A stretch of 62,012 nucleotides of DNA from Candidatus Parvarchaeum acidophilus ARMAN-5 (GTDB lineage Archaea; Nanobdellota; Nanobdellia; Parvarchaeales; Parvarchaeaceae): the NCBI GenBank assembly GCA_002412085.1, contig GG745550.1, positions 1 through 62,012 on the forward strand. Direction: 5' to 3'. Of this stretch, positions 10,134 through 18,746 are shown in pieces (the stretch's first letter is position 1; each line of letters starts with the position of its first letter). The notes beneath the pieces are model-generated. The model worked only from the letters and a program-made list of their open reading frames with translations. It was not told where the DNA came from and searched no databases. The translations under genes and the position numbers were made by a program.

Positions 10134-11006
10134 ATGGTAAAAGGTAAAATACTGGCAGATTCTAAACTAGAACAATTAATTGATAATGGTTATTTGACGT
10201 TATCTCCTAAGTTAGAGGATTATCAGATAAGACCTGCGTCTATAGATCTAAGATTAGGAAAAATTTATGATTCTTCTGGAAAGGAGATTCCCTATGATCT
10301 TGAAGGATTATATCATTTAGAGCCAAAACATCATTATTATATGGATACTCTCGAGAGCGTAAGTACAAATATTAAAAGTAATATAAATTTCTATGTGATA
10401 CCCAGAAGTTCTTTTGGTCGTTCACTTGTAAACATATCACCAGTAGAAGGCTATCTAAAAATATCTTCAAATTTTGCTTCTAACAAACTTCTTTGTTCGA
10501 TAGAACCTGGAAATTTAGCTGTTGATATAAGAAAAGGAGACAGGATAATACAACTAGTTGGTGTAAAAGGTAATGATAACAATAATAAACGATATACTTT
10601 TCATATAGGAGATATATTGGTTCCAAAAATTGATTTGAAAGTTACTCCCACAGATGGTATAAAAGATAATGAACTCTTTTACAAATATTATGAACAAAAT
10701 ATAAAGATCTGTAGAGATACATATATAAAATGTATCTCAAAAGAGAAGGTAGATTACTCTGGTAATAATATGGCTGCTATAGCTACCTGTTACAGTATAG
10801 GATCATTAGGTCTAGTAAATAAGAGAAAAAATCTTAGTTATGTAGATCCCGGTTATTCCGGTAATCTTTTTGCTTTGATCATGGGAGAGGATTCTGAGTG
10901 CATACTGAAAGTAGGTGATAATGTCTTAGATTTAAAAGAATACAAAATATACGGAAAAGTAAAAAGAGGTTATAAAGACAGCTCTATTAAATCTCATTAT
11001 TTGTAA
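10134..11006 (+). CDS. dCTP deaminase/dUTPase-fold protein, apparent tandem double domain
   Basis: N-terminus ILADSKL..IRPASIDLRLG is Dcd-like. The first half has a degenerate catalytic motif; the second half carries YVDPGYSGNL. At 290 aa it is longer than the usual ~180. Confidence 0.6.
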   Translation: MVKGKILADSKLEQLIDNGYLTLSPKLEDYQIRPASIDLRLGKIYDSSGKEIPYDLEGLYHLEPKHHYYMDTLESVSTNIKSNINFYVIPRSSFGRSLVNISPVEGYLKISSNFASNKLLCSIEPGNLAVDIRKGDRIIQLVGVKGNDNNNKRYTFHIGDILVPKIDLKVTPTDGIKDNELFYKYYEQNIKICRDTYIKCISKEKVDYSGNNMAAIATCYSIGSLGLVNKRKNLSYVDPGYSGNLFALIMGEDSECILKVGDNVLDLKEYKIYGKVKRGYKDSSIKSHYL

Positions 11007-11086
11007 AATGTAGCTGCTTTTTTATACATAATTTCATTTATTTTTTAAAAACATTAACATAGCCGGAAAATAAATTTTTATATTAG

Positions 11087-12820
11087 TTGACTTCCTATCT
11101 ACTTTCTATGAGATCTCCAATTTGTGCGTTTTTAGGTCATGTTGATGCAGGAAAGACAAGTATAATGGACGCTATAAGAAATACAATGACTGCATACAAA
11201 GAAAGCGGAGGCCTTACCCAGAATATAGGAGTTACGGAAGTTCCTACCGAGCGAATAAAAGATATTTCTGACGACTTGCTTAAAAAATTTAATATAGACA
11301 TAAAAGTTCCAAGTATACTTTTTATAGACTCCCCAGGTCATGAAGCATTCGTTACGTTAAGAAAGAGAGGGGCATCCATAGCAGACATAGCAATACTTAC
11401 TGTAGATGTAACAGAGGGTATACAGAATCAGACAATAGAATCAATAGAGATACTAAAATCATATAAGACTCCTTTCTTAGTAGCATTAACAAAGATTGAT
11501 ACAATAAGAGGGTTTTTTAATATCAAAGACTCGTCTTTTATAGAATTTATATCAAAACAGCCAGAAAATTATAAACAGTTTCTGGATGAAAAGATATACA
11601 AACTAATAACAGATTTTTCTATCTACGGATTTCAGGCAGAAAGGTATGACAGAGTAAAAGATTTTACCAAAGAAGTGGCAATAGTACCTCTAGCATCTCC
11701 AAATGGCATAGGCATAAAAGATCTAATAGTTATGCTAATAGGGCTCAGTCAAAGGTACATTGAGTTGACAAATTCCGATAAGAACAGCGCGGCCATCCTA
11801 GAAGAAAAAAATGTAAAAGGACTAGGAAAAGTATATGATGCAATAGTATACTCAGGAAAGTTGAAGGTGGGAGATACAGTAATAACTACTACTGTAGAAG
11901 GTCCTTCTGAGAATAAAGTAAAAGGTATAATGCGCCTTATACCTCTTGAAGAAAGCAGAGAGAACTTTGGAAAGTATGAAAGTCTGCAAGAAATCGAAGC
12001 AACCACCCCTATAAGGTTGATTCTACAGGAGCCGAATGCAATGATAGGCACATCTATAAATGTTTTTTCAAATGAGCAGGAGAAGGCAGACTTAATAAAC
12101 CAAGTTAAAGATGCCATTGGTTCTACGGGCGATGAAAGCAAAGGCGTAGTAGTATGTGCAGATTCTTTGGGAAGTATAGATGCAATAAGAAAAATAGCGC
12201 AGGCACAAGGGATTGCTGTAGGTAAGACAAAAATAGGAGAGCCCTCTAAGATAGATATAACAACAGCAAGTGTAAATGGTGGGGCAATACTTTGTTTTAA
12301 CGTACCAGTATCTAAACAGACTGAATCCATATCCAACGACTATTCCGTAAAAATTATAAGTTCAAATTCAATTTACACTCTATTTGAAACATACATAAAT
12401 TTCCAACAGGAATTGAAAAATATGGGCTTGGAAAATAGGAAGAAAACATTAAGGCTTCCATCTAAATTTTTGTTCTTAAAAGGAAATATATTCCGTAGGT
12501 CTGGACCATGTGTATTCGGGGCTGAAATTCTCTTGGGTGAAATACGTCAAAATTATCCAATCATAAATGCAAAAGGTCAGAGAATAGGAAGGATATTAGA
12601 TATACAGTCTGACAAAACTAAATTATCAAATGCCATAAAAGGAGATAGGGTAGCTATAAGCATAGATGATGCTGTCTATGGCAGGAACATACTAGAAGAC
12701 GATTTATTATACACAGACATAGAGCTACCAGACATAATAAAGTTTTACGATTTAACTGAAGATTTAACAGAAGATTATTTAGAGGCTTTATCTGAGATAA
12801 GAAAGATAAAAAAGCTCTAA
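11087..12820 (+). CDS. infB: translation initiation factor aIF5B (IF2-type GTPase)
   Basis: GHVDAGKTS, DSPGHEAF and TKID motifs, length ~570 aa. ATG at 11108 (MRSPICAFLGHVDAGKT) is a likely alternative start. Confidence 0.9.
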   Translation: MTSYLLSMRSPICAFLGHVDAGKTSIMDAIRNTMTAYKESGGLTQNIGVTEVPTERIKDISDDLLKKFNIDIKVPSILFIDSPGHEAFVTLRKRGASIADIAILTVDVTEGIQNQTIESIEILKSYKTPFLVALTKIDTIRGFFNIKDSSFIEFISKQPENYKQFLDEKIYKLITDFSIYGFQAERYDRVKDFTKEVAIVPLASPNGIGIKDLIVMLIGLSQRYIELTNSDKNSAAILEEKNVKGLGKVYDAIVYSGKLKVGDTVITTTVEGPSENKVKGIMRLIPLEESRENFGKYESLQEIEATTPIRLILQEPNAMIGTSINVFSNEQEKADLINQVKDAIGSTGDESKGVVVCADSLGSIDAIRKIAQAQGIAVGKTKIGEPSKIDITTASVNGGAILCFNVPVSKQTESISNDYSVKIISSNSIYTLFETYINFQQELKNMGLENRKKTLRLPSKFLFLKGNIFRRSGPCVFGAEILLGEIRQNYPIINAKGQRIGRILDIQSDKTKLSNAIKGDRVAISIDDAVYGRNILEDDLLYTDIELPDIIKFYDLTEDLTEDYLEALSEIRKIKKL

Positions 12821-13638
12821 GGCCAGGTTTTTATAGCTTTTTCATATAAATCTAAGCTATCACAAGGCAGCCATTTACCAGAGTAGATAAACCCATCAAC
12901 TACTTTTTTTTCTGCAACTTTTTCAAATGTATTTGAGATATTAGAATTTCCAGCAGGAATAAAATTAAGAAAAGAAGGACTTAATACATACACTCCTGCG
13001 TTTACAAGGTGGGAAACTTGTTCGGTCTTTGGTTTTTCTATGAACTTTACTATTTTGTTTCCTTCCAGTTCAACTACGCCAAATTGAGAAACGTTATCTC
13101 TTGAAACAAGAGCTATAGTCGCCAATGGTTTATTTTTTTTGTGGAATTCATAAATCTTATTCAGATCAAAATCAAATAGGTTGTCTCCATTCAAAACAAT
13201 AAAATCATCATGTAATAGATTCTGTTCTTTTTTTATTGCTCCACCTGTTCCCATCGGACTGGTTTCTTCGGAATATCTTATTTTAACTCCAAATTTACTT
13301 CCATCCCCAAAGTACTCTCTTATCCTGCTGCCTAAATAACCTACAGAGATTATTATATCAAGAAAATCAGCTCTCTTAAGCTGGTCTACAATATACTCTA
13401 GAATAGGTCTTCCATTAACTGGCATCATCGGTTTTGGTATTTCATATGTAAGCGGTCTTAATCTTGTACCTGATCCTCCTGCAAGTATAAATGCCATTTT
13501 ATTTTTTGTAGGCTCAAAATGACTATTTATAATTTTTTCTATAGCTATAGACCTGTTAGGTATATTAATTCCATCGATGGTGTTATCTATTCTTTCCAAA
13601 GTTTTTTTATTAATAGTAATAGTTATTCTATCTTTCAT
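12817..13638 (-). CDS. NDP-sugar pyrophosphorylase (GCD1/RmlA-like) with N-terminal ribbon-helix-helix-like extension
   Basis: AFILAGGSGTRLRPLTYEIPKPMMPVNGRPIL core, preceded by ~45 aa (MKDRITITINKKTLERIDN...IAIEKIINS) with a CopG/RHH-like pattern. Confidence 0.75.
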   Translation of the reverse strand: MKDRITITINKKTLERIDNTIDGINIPNRSIAIEKIINSHFEPTKNKMAFILAGGSGTRLRPLTYEIPKPMMPVNGRPILEYIVDQLKRADFLDIIISVGYLGSRIREYFGDGSKFGVKIRYSEETSPMGTGGAIKKEQNLLHDDFIVLNGDNLFDFDLNKIYEFHKKNKPLATIALVSRDNVSQFGVVELEGNKIVKFIEKPKTEQVSHLVNAGVYVLSPSFLNFIPAGNSNISNTFEKVAEKKVVDGFIYSGKWLPCDSLDLYEKAIKTWP

Positions 13639-13669
13639 ACTATTTCATATAAAATATTACTTTATAAAT

Positions 13670-14392
13670 CTATCTTGTAAGTATAGTTTCAATGGCTTCA
13701 TCAAAGTTTTTCATAAATTCTTTTTCATCATATCTCTTTGAGTTTTTTGCGCCATTTACTAATTTTGCGTAAAATTTAGAATTAGTTATTCTAATTAAAG
13801 CATTTGAAATACTTCTTTCGTTTGCGTCCACAAGTAATCCATTTTTTCCATTTTTTATAAACTCCTTTGGCCCACCTTCATTTACGGATCTTACTGGTTT
13901 TCCGTATGCAAGAGATTCCAATGGAGTTAATCCAGTATCCTCGTTTATTGATAGGAATATAGTAGCATAACATCTACTGTAAAGGTCATCAAGTTCTTTT
14001 TTATAATAATCATACATATTATGGGCAACTCTTAATGGAGTATGGCACAGCGCCACAGTCTTTTTATGCTTATTTCTTATTGTTATAGAGGCTGCTATAC
14101 CAGCTGTTGATACAATAAAAATATCATATTCTTCTAGACCTTTTATTTTTGTAGATAATAATTTTAAAAATAGCCCTAGTCCCTTACCTATAAATCCTTT
14201 ACTATTTAGTTTTCCAATAACATTTATATTATACTTATTAAACTCTTCAAATGTGCTTTTTTTATTGTAAAAGAAAGTATAAACATCACATTCATACAAA
14301 GGGTTTTCAAGGATCCGAAGGATAGTTCTTTCAACACCGCCTTTGCTTTTTATCCAAGGTACAAAAAGGGCTATTTTTATTTTTTTATTCAT
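13670..14392 (-). CDS. GT4-family glycosyltransferase, apparently internally truncated
   Basis: N-terminal KIALFVPWIKSKGGVERT and C-terminal EDTGLTPLESLAYGKPV...GGPKEFI (EX7E region) are present. Only 240 aa, versus the intact 358-aa paralog at 43835. Confidence 0.6.
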   Translation of the reverse strand: MNKKIKIALFVPWIKSKGGVERTILRILENPLYECDVYTFFYNKKSTFEEFNKYNINVIGKLNSKGFIGKGLGLFLKLLSTKIKGLEEYDIFIVSTAGIAASITIRNKHKKTVALCHTPLRVAHNMYDYYKKELDDLYSRCYATIFLSINEDTGLTPLESLAYGKPVRSVNEGGPKEFIKNGKNGLLVDANERSISNALIRITNSKFYAKLVNGAKNSKRYDEKEFMKNFDEAIETILTR

Positions 14393-14437
14393 AAGTATAT
14401 CTAATATTTAATACTTAAAAGATAATTATTAATATTT

Positions 14438-15148
14438 ATGTCAGCAAAAAAAGCACAATATTCTACCGAGTATGTGATAATTATAGCGATAGGTATAGGA
14501 TTGATAGCATCATTTCTATTCTATGCAGTGTTTTTCTATGGGTCATTTGCTTCTACTTCATCTGCAAATGATATAACAAATGTTGCAAGTTCAATAGCAA
14601 AGCAGGCTAATTACGTTTCTGCACAAGGAGTCGGTTCAATTCAGACATTTCCAATAACAATACCTCTGCTTGAACCACAGTATTCCTTCTTCTGTGGAGA
14701 TATAATAAAACTACAGACTACGACTGAGTTAGGAGTTGCTAGTCCTGCAGGGAACGTATCGGGTATGTTGCCACTTACTGGCGGAACTTATGTGGCTTTT
14801 GTAAAAGAAGATTATAATCAAACATTCATCGGTCTGAAATTTGCAGTCTCTTTAATAATTCAATCGGACACAATATCTGCTTCTTCAAGCAGCGAAACTC
14901 TTAATTATAATTTGAAATTTTATAATTATTCTCTAGATCCAATACCAACACCAGTAACATTTAATTTAAGTGTATTTACAACAGATGGAGTATACGTAGC
15001 AAGTTTATTAGGTTCTACATCTTCTTCTTCTCCAAATAAGATATCAGGAACTTTATCATTGCCTCTCTCTAATTTAAATCTATATGTTGTAGAAGTAACT
15101 CCCTCATCTTCTGGAGATTATGCCTCCGCATGTGTAAGCGTAAATTAA
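14438..15148 (+). CDS. class III signal peptide (archaeal type IV pilin-like) surface protein
   Basis: MSAKKAQ/YSTEYVIIIAIGIGLIA: a basic N-terminus, a Q-x-S-x-E-[YF] motif and a hydrophobic helix, then a Ser/Thr-rich beta-type region. Confidence 0.6.
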   Translation: MSAKKAQYSTEYVIIIAIGIGLIASFLFYAVFFYGSFASTSSANDITNVASSIAKQANYVSAQGVGSIQTFPITIPLLEPQYSFFCGDIIKLQTTTELGVASPAGNVSGMLPLTGGTYVAFVKEDYNQTFIGLKFAVSLIIQSDTISASSSSETLNYNLKFYNYSLDPIPTPVTFNLSVFTTDGVYVASLLGSTSSSSPNKISGTLSLPLSNLNLYVVEVTPSSSGDYASACVSVN

Positions 15149-15244
15149 TTTTTATTGTAAAAATGCTCAGCTAAAATAACACAAGCAAGTGTATTTTATC
15201 TGTATTCCCCAATTTTTATGAGTTATCTTATTAAAATAGAAAGC

Positions 15245-15252
15245 TTTATATA
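15245..15252 (+). promoter_or_regulatory. TATA box candidate for tfb (short or absent leader)
   Basis: tttatata preceded by purine-rich gaaagc (BRE-like), 29-36 nt upstream of ATG 15281. Confidence 0.4.
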
Positions 15253-15280
15253 CTAATTGTGTTCTTAGTATATAAATCTT

Positions 15281-16204
15281 ATGAAAGTAGTTACTAGTAA
15301 ACATAATGCGAAATGTCCTTCCTGCGGCAGTGAGTCTGTGACATATGACAAGTCAACTGGCGAATTAGTGTGTCAGAACTGTGGATATGTAATAGAAGGC
15401 GACGCTATAGATTACGGAAGAGAATGGCGTTCTTTTGAAGATGAAAGAGATGAGGGTAAAGGAAGAATGGGCTCCCCTCTTAGTTACGCTAAATATGATA
15501 AGGGAACTAGTACAGTCATAGGAAAGGCAAGCGAATCTATAAAGCTTTCAAATGCCAATAGAAGAACTTTTTATAAGCTTAGAAAATGGCAGCCAAGAAT
15601 ATCTACAGCTTATGAGAGAAATCTTAAATTTGCTCTTACAGAATTGAGACGCGCCAGTAATCGTCTGCACGTTTCAAATATAATACAGGAAGAAGCAGCC
15701 AAAATGTACAGAGAAGCAATAACTCGAAGACTTGTTAGAGGTAGGTCTATGGAGAGCGTTATAGCCGGTGCACTTTACGCAGCAGCAAGAAAACACAACA
15801 GACCTATAACATTGGATGAGATATCAGATACTTTTGAGGTAGAAAGAAAAGAAGTAGGAAAGGCATACAGGCTCCTATGTAGAGAATTGGGAATAAAAAT
15901 ACTGCCTACTTCACCAAGCGATTACATATATAAATTTGCTTCGGAACTTAAGGTATCTAACAAAACTGTTTCCGACGCCGTAAAACTTTTAAAAGAAGCA
16001 GAGGATAAAGGTTTGACAAGTGGAAAAGGGCCAATGGGAATAGCGGCAGCAGTCCTTTATGTTTCTACGCTTATAAACAAGGAGAAAAAGACTCAGAGAG
16101 ATGCAGCAAAGGCTGCAGGTATAACAGAAGTAACTATAAGAAACAGATACAAAGAACTTTATCAAGTATTGAATCTTAAGGAAAGATTTAAGATAGACGA
16201 TTAA
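15281..16204 (+). CDS. tfb: transcription initiation factor B (TFIIB homolog)
   Basis: N-terminal Zn ribbon CPSCGS...CQNCGYV followed by two cyclin-fold repeats. Confidence 0.9.
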   Translation: MKVVTSKHNAKCPSCGSESVTYDKSTGELVCQNCGYVIEGDAIDYGREWRSFEDERDEGKGRMGSPLSYAKYDKGTSTVIGKASESIKLSNANRRTFYKLRKWQPRISTAYERNLKFALTELRRASNRLHVSNIIQEEAAKMYREAITRRLVRGRSMESVIAGALYAAARKHNRPITLDEISDTFEVERKEVGKAYRLLCRELGIKILPTSPSDYIYKFASELKVSNKTVSDAVKLLKEAEDKGLTSGKGPMGIAAAVLYVSTLINKEKKTQRDAAKAAGITEVTIRNRYKELYQVLNLKERFKIDD

Positions 16205-16223
16205 AATCTTTCTTTTATTTTTT

Positions 16224-17285
16224 ATGGAGCTTTTTAAAGAAGGCAGTATTAGGTTCTATGCAGAAAACCAGCAGCTTAAAAGTGCACATGTGTTCTATAA
16301 TCCAAACAGAGAGTTTGATAGATCGTTAAACGTTCTTTTTATTAAGTCTAAATCAAAGGCAATGCTATCCGGATTGGAAATGTTTTCTGGCAGTGGTATA
16401 CGCGGTATGAGATTATGTTCCGAAACAGGCATGTTCAAATCATTTATATTCAATGATATTAAGACCTCGAATATAATCTCAAAAAATATTTCCTTAAACA
16501 AGTCATTGTTAAACTGTGATTCCATAAGCGTATCCGCAGAAAATTCAAAGTACTATAAAGCACACAATATATATGATTACATAGATATAGATCCATTTGG
16601 GTCTCCCGCCCCTTACTTAAATACAGCGTTTGAACTTTTGGGTAAGGATAGCATTTTAGCCATAAGCGCAACAGATACTGCAGCACTCTTAGGAAGCGCA
16701 CAGAGGGCATGTATGCGTAAATATATGGCGCGTTCACTCAAAACTTCGTATAGTAACGAATTGGGTATAAGGATACTAATAAAATATGTGTCTGAAATAG
16801 CAGAAAGCCATAGTCTGCACATAAAACCACTGATTTTTGACTTTAATGGGAATTTTATAAGAACATATTTCGATTTTTCATCTAGAACTAAGGGCAAAGT
16901 AGGTTACGCATATCAATGTATAAAATGTCCTTCTCGTACTATAGAGCCTAAGGATAAATGCGATTTTTGTGGTTCAAAGATGACAAAGATAGGGCCGTTA
17001 TGGCTTGGCAAGATTTATGATGTAAATACCGTTAAAAAAATGTTGAATTATCTCGATAAGAACGAAAAAAAGTTTAATCAGAATACAGATGCTCTAAAAG
17101 AGTATCTTTCCGCATTGTATAAAGAAATGAATGTTTTCTCATATTACACGACAAGCGAAATCGCTTCATTCTTTAAGAGACCAGAAGAGAAAATAAATAA
17201 ATTCAAAAACAGAACAGTGCTATCTTCAAAGGGATTCAAAACTAATCTAAGTTTTAAAGAGCTAGCTTCAAATTTAGGTTATTAA
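16224..17285 (+). CDS. trm1: tRNA (guanine26-N2)-dimethyltransferase Trm1
   Basis: FYNPNREFDRS, FSGSGIRGMR, DIDPFGSPAPYL, ISATDTAALLG, a Cys cluster CIKCPS..CDFCG, and GPLWLG. Confidence 0.85.
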   Translation: MELFKEGSIRFYAENQQLKSAHVFYNPNREFDRSLNVLFIKSKSKAMLSGLEMFSGSGIRGMRLCSETGMFKSFIFNDIKTSNIISKNISLNKSLLNCDSISVSAENSKYYKAHNIYDYIDIDPFGSPAPYLNTAFELLGKDSILAISATDTAALLGSAQRACMRKYMARSLKTSYSNELGIRILIKYVSEIAESHSLHIKPLIFDFNGNFIRTYFDFSSRTKGKVGYAYQCIKCPSRTIEPKDKCDFCGSKMTKIGPLWLGKIYDVNTVKKMLNYLDKNEKKFNQNTDALKEYLSALYKEMNVFSYYTTSEIASFFKRPEEKINKFKNRTVLSSKGFKTNLSFKELASNLGY

Positions 17286-17533
17286 TCTAATTTTATCTCT
17301 CTATTCATTGCCTGTCCTGGTAGTCCTCTTCTAAATCTTATTACTACCTTCCCTCTATTCCCATGAGGTTTTACTACGACTCCTTTTATGGATGTCTTTG
17401 AGAATGCTATTTCAACCCTTTTTCCAATGTACTTTCCCGCTTCTTCTCTATTACTTACTTTTTCTATAGAAGCTATAGCCTGATTCATTTTCTGTGTTTT
17501 TCTTCCTCTTTTATACGATACTATTTTTGCCAT
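17282..17533 (-). CDS. rpl35ae: ribosomal protein L35Ae
   Basis: MAKIVSYKRGRKTQ...YIGKRV...HGNRGKVVIRFRRGLPGQA. Start taken at the second Met of the listed ORF. Confidence 0.8.
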   Translation of the reverse strand: MAKIVSYKRGRKTQKMNQAIASIEKVSNREEAGKYIGKRVEIAFSKTSIKGVVVKPHGNRGKVVIRFRRGLPGQAMNREIKLD

Positions 17534-17534
17534 A

Positions 17535-18641
17535 TTAATCAACCTTCTGCATGTATTTATCCTTTATCTCTTTATCTGTCTGCTTTAATAAATCTTTGTC
17601 TATTATGGGTTTTGCTTCTCCTTTATTTTCCCTTAATTTGTCTATTATTTTGGTTATTTTTTCTATAACTTCCTTGGCTTCTTTAAGCTTTTTATCGAAT
17701 TCGGCGCCTGTTATCTCTTTGACTTCTCCATGGTCTATCTTTTTAAACCATTTTACTATTTCATCGACCTTTTCAACGTCTTCATGTGTAAGCACTTTTT
17801 CTTTTTCAACAGCTATCTCTTCAAGTTCTTTAGCGACCTGTTTTGGTACTGGTGGAAGGTAACCATACTCCATCAAAAGTGCCTGTCCCGAAGCAACTAC
17901 GGCATTGTATACATCTAAGCTCAATTTAGTGCTTAGAACGTTTTCCGCAAGCATGATTAATCCTTCTGCGCTTTCAATGTTGTTGTTTATAGACTCTTTT
18001 GTGGGTATTATATTTCCAGTTTTGTACAACATTTGTATAGGAACGAAAAATCCCGTTTCATAAACAGCTACTCCATCTCTAAGCAGTGTTAATATAACTG
18101 GATTAGGTTTTATTATAGATCCCCAAAATTCAGACAGAGGATAAGCTTGAGCATGTATTCTGTCAGAAAAATCTCTTGCTATCTCGGCCATTTTTGAGAA
18201 CAGCCTCTCACGCAATTGTTCAAGTGTAAATTTCTGTATATCAGTATCATCCACTATAAAGGCTACGTCTATGTCAGATGTGCTCGTTATGCCTGTTTTT
18301 GTTTTAGAACTTCCAAATATTACTATGGATTTTATGTATCTTCTAAATAAGCTAAGTACCCTCAGAAAATAGGCTCTTATGGCATTTGCATCCTTTGAAG
18401 GTAATACTTTCTCTAATATATCAAATGACAAACCTGCTAACTGTCCAGGAGGCTCAACAGAAGCGGCATTCTCTCCTTCTCCTATTTCTAGACCTATAAA
18501 AGAACCCATATAGTCTACTCTTTCATTTAATTCATCAATCTTCGCAGATAAGGCGTCAATTGTCGAAAAAAGCTTATTCAGCGTGGCTTCTATAGGGTTT
18601 ATATTTTCAGTTTGATGCATATTTACCTCCGTTATGTTCAA
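17535..18641 (-). CDS. Pol-beta-superfamily nucleotidyltransferase domain protein with helical (HEPN-like?) C-terminal region
   Basis: IVIFGSSKTKTGITSTSDIDVAFIV is a minimal-NTase signature. Flanking regions are coiled-coil/helical. Start is TTG 18641 or ATG 18620. Confidence 0.55.
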   Translation of the reverse strand: MNITEVNMHQTENINPIEATLNKLFSTIDALSAKIDELNERVDYMGSFIGLEIGEGENAASVEPPGQLAGLSFDILEKVLPSKDANAIRAYFLRVLSLFRRYIKSIVIFGSSKTKTGITSTSDIDVAFIVDDTDIQKFTLEQLRERLFSKMAEIARDFSDRIHAQAYPLSEFWGSIIKPNPVILTLLRDGVAVYETGFFVPIQMLYKTGNIIPTKESINNNIESAEGLIMLAENVLSTKLSLDVYNAVVASGQALLMEYGYLPPVPKQVAKELEEIAVEKEKVLTHEDVEKVDEIVKWFKKIDHGEVKEITGAEFDKKLKEAKEVIEKITKIIDKLRENKGEAKPIIDKDLLKQTDKEIKDKYMQKVD

Positions 18642-18714
18642 TTATGAACATTATTATTTATAAGTCTTTGTGAACTTGACTTAAAGTATATTATTCGTTT
18701 ATTATTTCTATGAT

Positions 18715-18724
18715 AATATTTAAA
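18715..18724 (+). promoter_or_regulatory. TATA box candidate for the 18747 operon
   Basis: atatttaaat, 23-32 nt upstream of ATG 18747. Confidence 0.4.
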
Positions 18725-18746
18725 TCAGCAATATCTAATAAGATTT

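Noticed and set aside
11749-12336. Long ORFs antisense to confidently assigned genes: 11749-12336 in infB, 6111-6497, 21170-21616, 28114-28548, 43040-43516, 49605-50081, 51875-52474, 33508-33861, and others.
   Set aside because: They lie entirely inside strongly supported genes on the other strand. They have low-complexity Ser/Phe/Ile/Leu-rich products typical of antisense frames in AT-rich DNA, and they lack promoter or start context.
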